Shown: positions 60,492 through 64,000 of the stretch, piece after piece
How the letters are laid out: each line of letters begins with the position of its first letter
Position numbering within the stretch: the first letter of the stretch is position 1
DNA from: an uncultured Bacteroidota bacterium
GTDB lineage: Bacteria > Bacteroidota > Ignavibacteria > UBA10030 > UBA6906
DNA: 64,000 nucleotides
NCBI GenBank assembly: GCA_963700635.1
Contig: CAVOYH010000004.1
Coordinates: 320,001 to 384,000 of the forward strand
Direction of reading: 5' to 3'
Notes under the pieces: model-generated
The model's database searches: none
What the model was told of the DNA's origin: nothing
What the model saw: the letters and a program-made list of their open reading frames with translations, nothing else
Made by a program: the position numbers and the translations under genes

Positions 60492-63350
60492 GTGAATCGG
60501 AACACAGTTCAGAGCCTGCTGGACAAGGCGCAGCGGTATATCGAGGAGGGGAGGTTGCTCCATGCAGGGCAAATGTACCGACGGCTGATCAACGCCGATC
60601 CGGCACTCGAGGAACCCTACATCCGGTTGTCAGCCCTGTACCGGGAAGCCGGGCACAACGAAGAATCCGGACGTATACTCCGTCAGGGAGTGCAGTTGTG
60701 TAGAGAGAGCACGAATTGCCTGCTGATGCTGGGGGACCAGCTGTTGGAGTCCGGGGATCTCCGTGGCGCTCTTGCGTGTTTTGCACCCTTGGCGCAGAAA
60801 AAACTGCCACACGTGCATGTGCGCGTTGCCCGGGCGTTAATCCGTCTGGGCAAGACAGCGGACGCTGAACTCGAGGTGCGGAAGGCTCTGTCAATGGAGA
60901 CCCGTCTGCCTCAAGCGCGCGAGCTCCTTGGAGAGATACTGCTGGTCACAGGTCGACCGGCCGAAGCAGCGAACGAGCTCAGACTCGCGCTGCGTCTCGA
61001 TCCGTACAGTTCCCGGAGTCATCGACTCATGGGTCAGGTGCTGCTTCAGAACCGCAACCTGGAGGAGGCGCTCGATGCATTTCTCATGGCAGCAGATATT
61101 GATCCGGATGATGCGCTGGCGTGGCAATACAGGGGCGAGACCCTCATGCGCCTGCGCCGGTTTCCCGAGGCAAAATCATCACTCCGGCGATCTCTTGACC
61201 TTAATCCCTCATCCGCCGATGCATCGGTCTTGATGGGAGAACTTTGTGTACAGAAAGGCGACATGGAACAGGCACTGACGGCGTTTACGACTGCGTTGCG
61301 TCTGCATCCCGGGCATCAACGAGCCATGGACGGACGCTTGCATGCACGGATGCGGACGATTCGTCTGATCGAGCGGGTGGGTCTTTTCCTGCTGGCGCTC
61401 CTTCAATGGTGTTCAGTGTCAACGGCCCAGACATTCAGTCCCTCCGACGGGGAAGGCGGTGTGCTTTTTAACTCGGGAGTTTCACAGTATCAGAGCGGAC
61501 AATTCAAGGAGGCGGCTGAAACGTTCGGAAGGATTATCGCCGCTCATCCGGGTGATCAGCGTATTACTGCCGCAATTATCATGAAAGGCAAGGCCCTTTA
61601 CTGGCTCGGTGATAATCTGGAAAGCGCCCGGACAGCGCGTTTATTGCTCACGGACTTTCCACGCAGCCGGTATGTCGCTGACGCCCGTTTCATCCTCGGG
61701 AGCATCTACAGGCGAGTCGGGCGCGCCGAGGATGCAATGGAGGAATTGTTGAAGGCGTGGGAAACGATGTCGCGGCCGGAGCCACCACGCCTGGCAATGG
61801 ATATTGTGACTGCTGTTGATACACTGGCGGCAGAATCCATTTCTCCTCCCCGCCTGCGGAGTTTCATCGAGACAACGTCCGACCGTGAATGTAAGGCATT
61901 TCTCTGGCTCAAAATCGCGGAGAACGAAGCTGCGGCGGAAAATATGGTACGCTCAAGGCTGGCACTTGACACGCTCCTGCTCATGTACCCGGCACAGGTG
62001 AATCATCCGCGTGTTGCTGCGCTGCTCAAACGGACCGCGGAACGGAGCGACGTCAAGCTCGGTGTTCTCCTTCCCCTCATGCGGGGTGGAGAACCGTCGG
62101 CGGCCAAAGAAATCGCCCAGGAAGTGCTCGAGGGAGTGACCTTTGCTGTTGAGCAGTTCATGGCGGAGTCCGGCCAGCGCGTACGTGTCACTCAGGTCAC
62201 ACTCGACAGTGAACGGGATCCGGTGGTAGCTTCATCGGCTGTCCGCGAACTGGCAGCGGATAAACAAGTGGTTGCGATCGTTGGGCCCATATTTTCAAGT
62301 TCGACGGTCGCCGCCGCACGTATTGCAGAGGATCTCGGAATTCCGCTTGTGTCCCCTACGGCGAATGCAAACGGCATAGCAGCCGTTGGACCCCATGTGT
62401 TTCAGGCGAATCCCGATTACCGGACACGCGGCAGAGCGATGGCACAGTACGCGGTCCTGCGCCGCGGGTTTACCCGTCTTGCCGTACTTGCTCCATCCGA
62501 CACGTACGGCAGATTCCTGGCAGAGGCGTTTGGTGAAGAAGTCCGGCGTCTGGGTGCGCGGTTGATAGCAGCGGAATGGTACGAGCGGGGATCGTCTGAT
62601 TTAAAAAAACAACTTGGTGCGATCCGTCGGGCAGGCATGCGTGCCGGCGCCGATCCCCTGATTGCCTTCGGAGGGAAGAAAAAGCTCGGGGAGTTGATGA
62701 AACTTGCCGGACTGGGAGTTTCGGTGCGGACTCTTGATTCACTGATGCAAAAAGGTGCCACGGTAAATGCAACGACACTGATCGGACCCGATGCCGGAGC
62801 CAGACTTGACTCGCTGGGGATTTCCGTGGTGTATGAGGAGCTGTACGTCGACAGTCTGGATCACCCGGTGACCGCCATCGACGGGCTGTATATGCCCATC
62901 AGCTCGCCTGCAGAAATCGGCATCGTTGCTTCGCAGGCCGTGTATTTTAATTTTCGCACGCAGATGCTCGGTTCAGGCGAGTGGAATAACTTACCCGAGC
63001 TGGATGCCAATCGGCGCTATTGTACGGGTGTGGTGTTCGAAGCCGATTCTCATGTAGACACTCTCACGGCTCAGTACCGTAACTGGCTCGCAGGGTTTTA
63101 CAACAGGTTCAAGAAGCAACCGACTCATCATACGTTCTATGGATACGATACGGCCGAGATCCTCCTTCTGACGCTGGGGGAGGGGGCTACGACCCGCAGG
63201 GGGTTCATCCGGGCCTTCGCAGAGGTCAGGGATTACCAGGGACTACACTCGAAAATAGGATTTTCCCGTGGAAGGGTGAACACGTGGCTTCCCATACTCC
63301 AGTTCGACGGGAGAAATGTGCTCCGGATTGATGAGATCCGGACAGAATAG
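60492..63350 (+). CDS. TPR-repeat protein joined in frame to a TPR + periplasmic-binding-fold (LpoA/LppC-like) protein
   Basis: Tandem TPRs over aa 1-285, then an internal signal-peptide-like stretch. Later LGVLLPL, IVGPIFS, P.VSP.A and YGYD type I PBP motifs. Confidence 0.7.
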   Translation: MNRNTVQSLLDKAQRYIEEGRLLHAGQMYRRLINADPALEEPYIRLSALYREAGHNEESGRILRQGVQLCRESTNCLLMLGDQLLESGDLRGALACFAPLAQKKLPHVHVRVARALIRLGKTADAELEVRKALSMETRLPQARELLGEILLVTGRPAEAANELRLALRLDPYSSRSHRLMGQVLLQNRNLEEALDAFLMAADIDPDDALAWQYRGETLMRLRRFPEAKSSLRRSLDLNPSSADASVLMGELCVQKGDMEQALTAFTTALRLHPGHQRAMDGRLHARMRTIRLIERVGLFLLALLQWCSVSTAQTFSPSDGEGGVLFNSGVSQYQSGQFKEAAETFGRIIAAHPGDQRITAAIIMKGKALYWLGDNLESARTARLLLTDFPRSRYVADARFILGSIYRRVGRAEDAMEELLKAWETMSRPEPPRLAMDIVTAVDTLAAESISPPRLRSFIETTSDRECKAFLWLKIAENEAAAENMVRSRLALDTLLLMYPAQVNHPRVAALLKRTAERSDVKLGVLLPLMRGGEPSAAKEIAQEVLEGVTFAVEQFMAESGQRVRVTQVTLDSERDPVVASSAVRELAADKQVVAIVGPIFSSSTVAAARIAEDLGIPLVSPTANANGIAAVGPHVFQANPDYRTRGRAMAQYAVLRRGFTRLAVLAPSDTYGRFLAEAFGEEVRRLGARLIAAEWYERGSSDLKKQLGAIRRAGMRAGADPLIAFGGKKKLGELMKLAGLGVSVRTLDSLMQKGATVNATTLIGPDAGARLDSLGISVVYEELYVDSLDHPVTAIDGLYMPISSPAEIGIVASQAVYFNFRTQMLGSGEWNNLPELDANRRYCTGVVFEADSHVDTLTAQYRNWLAGFYNRFKKQPTHHTFYGYDTAEILLLTLGEGATTRRGFIRAFAEVRDYQGLHSKIGFSRGRVNTWLPILQFDGRNVLRIDEIRTE

Positions 63351-64000
63351 AGCTCCTATACCTCTCTGGCCGAAAAACGAACGGCCAAGGGAAAAACTTC
63401 TCCGGCAGGGGATTCATACACTTTCCGATGCAGAGCTCCTTGCGCTGATCCTTCGTACGGGCTGTGGCGCGTTAACGGCATTAGACCTTGCGAGGGGCCT
63501 TCTTGTTCGTGAGCGCAGCCTCCGCCTCCTGGGGTCCAGGACACCGGGTGAGCTCATGCGCCAGCGGGGGATTGGGCCGGCAAAGGCCCTGGAACTGCTG
63601 GCCGCCTTTGAGGTCGGACGCCGGGCCCAGGCCGAACAGGAGGAAATCCGGCCAGTTTTCCGTTCGCCGGAGGATGTTGCAAGGCGAATGGTGCCGCTCC
63701 TGCGCGACCGTAAAACCGAAGTGTTCTACGTCCTCGTTATGGATGCCAAAAATGCACTGAAAATCGATGTGGAACTTTCCGTTGGAACACTGAACGCGAG
63801 CCTTGTCCATCCTCGCGAGGTCTACAAAGTGGCGATTGATAATGGTGCCGCCTCCATTATCGTAGTGCATAACCACCCGAGTGGAAACCCGGAACCGAGC
63901 AGTGAGGATATTGACATTACGCGGCAACTCGTAGAGGCGGGAAAGATCATCGGGATTCCCCTCCATGACCATATGATCGTGGCCGGAGACCACGCCACAA
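63331..64000 (+). CDS. radC: RadC/UPF0758 JAB-domain protein (runs off the window end)
   Basis: Absent from the ORF track because there is no stop codon. Translates to WP..ERPREKL...G...LSDAELLA.ILRTG, G.LNASLVHPREV, HNHPSG.PEPS.ED, LHDH.IV. Confidence 0.93.
   Translation, partial: MRSGQNRAPIPLWPKNERPREKLLRQGIHTLSDAELLALILRTGCGALTALDLARGLLVRERSLRLLGSRTPGELMRQRGIGPAKALELLAAFEVGRRAQAEQEEIRPVFRSPEDVARRMVPLLRDRKTEVFYVLVMDAKNALKIDVELSVGTLNASLVHPREVYKVAIDNGAASIIVVHNHPSGNPEPSSEDIDITRQLVEAGKIIGIPLHDHMIVAGDHAT

Noticed and set aside
63331-64000. radC as a marker of a mobile element
   Set aside because: It is the full-length chromosomal UPF0758 form among housekeeping genes, with no integrase, relaxase or att site seen

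Overview
Gene-dense, GC-rich bacterial chromosome segment made almost entirely of core or housekeeping genes. The T9SS C-terminal sorting domain, the futalosine pathway and the efp-accB-accC-gcvH order suggest a Bacteroidota/Chlorobi/Ignavibacteria-group organism (inference). In order, the window holds: a T9SS-tagged M1 aminopeptidase, ferritin, two RND efflux loci (one disrupted), cinA-pgpA-pgsA-rpmB, tsaD-mltG, envelope lipoproteins, deoC, a GlcD-like oxidase, valS, purM, efp-accBC-gcvH, gcvP, an OTCase-carbamate kinase-ArcE-like (arginine synthetase) operon, guaA, a futalosine menaquinone cluster (with an MqnE-MqnA fusion) next to a shikimate operon (aroB, aroD-aroE fusion, aroA, aroC with a chorismate-mutase-like tail), an ABC exporter, a TPR/LpoA-like ORF and a truncated radC. 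I saw no tRNA, rRNA, CRISPR array, transposase, integrase or phage gene. The strongest leads are the ArcE-type arginine operon without arcA, a DeoC carrying a microcompartment encapsulation-peptide-like plus Cys-rich N-terminus, an unannotated ~175-nt structured intergenic element after mltG, the MqnE-MqnA fusion, an Asn-tipped EF-P and repeated leaderless promoter geometry. All calls come from motif recognition by eye; no database searches were run.
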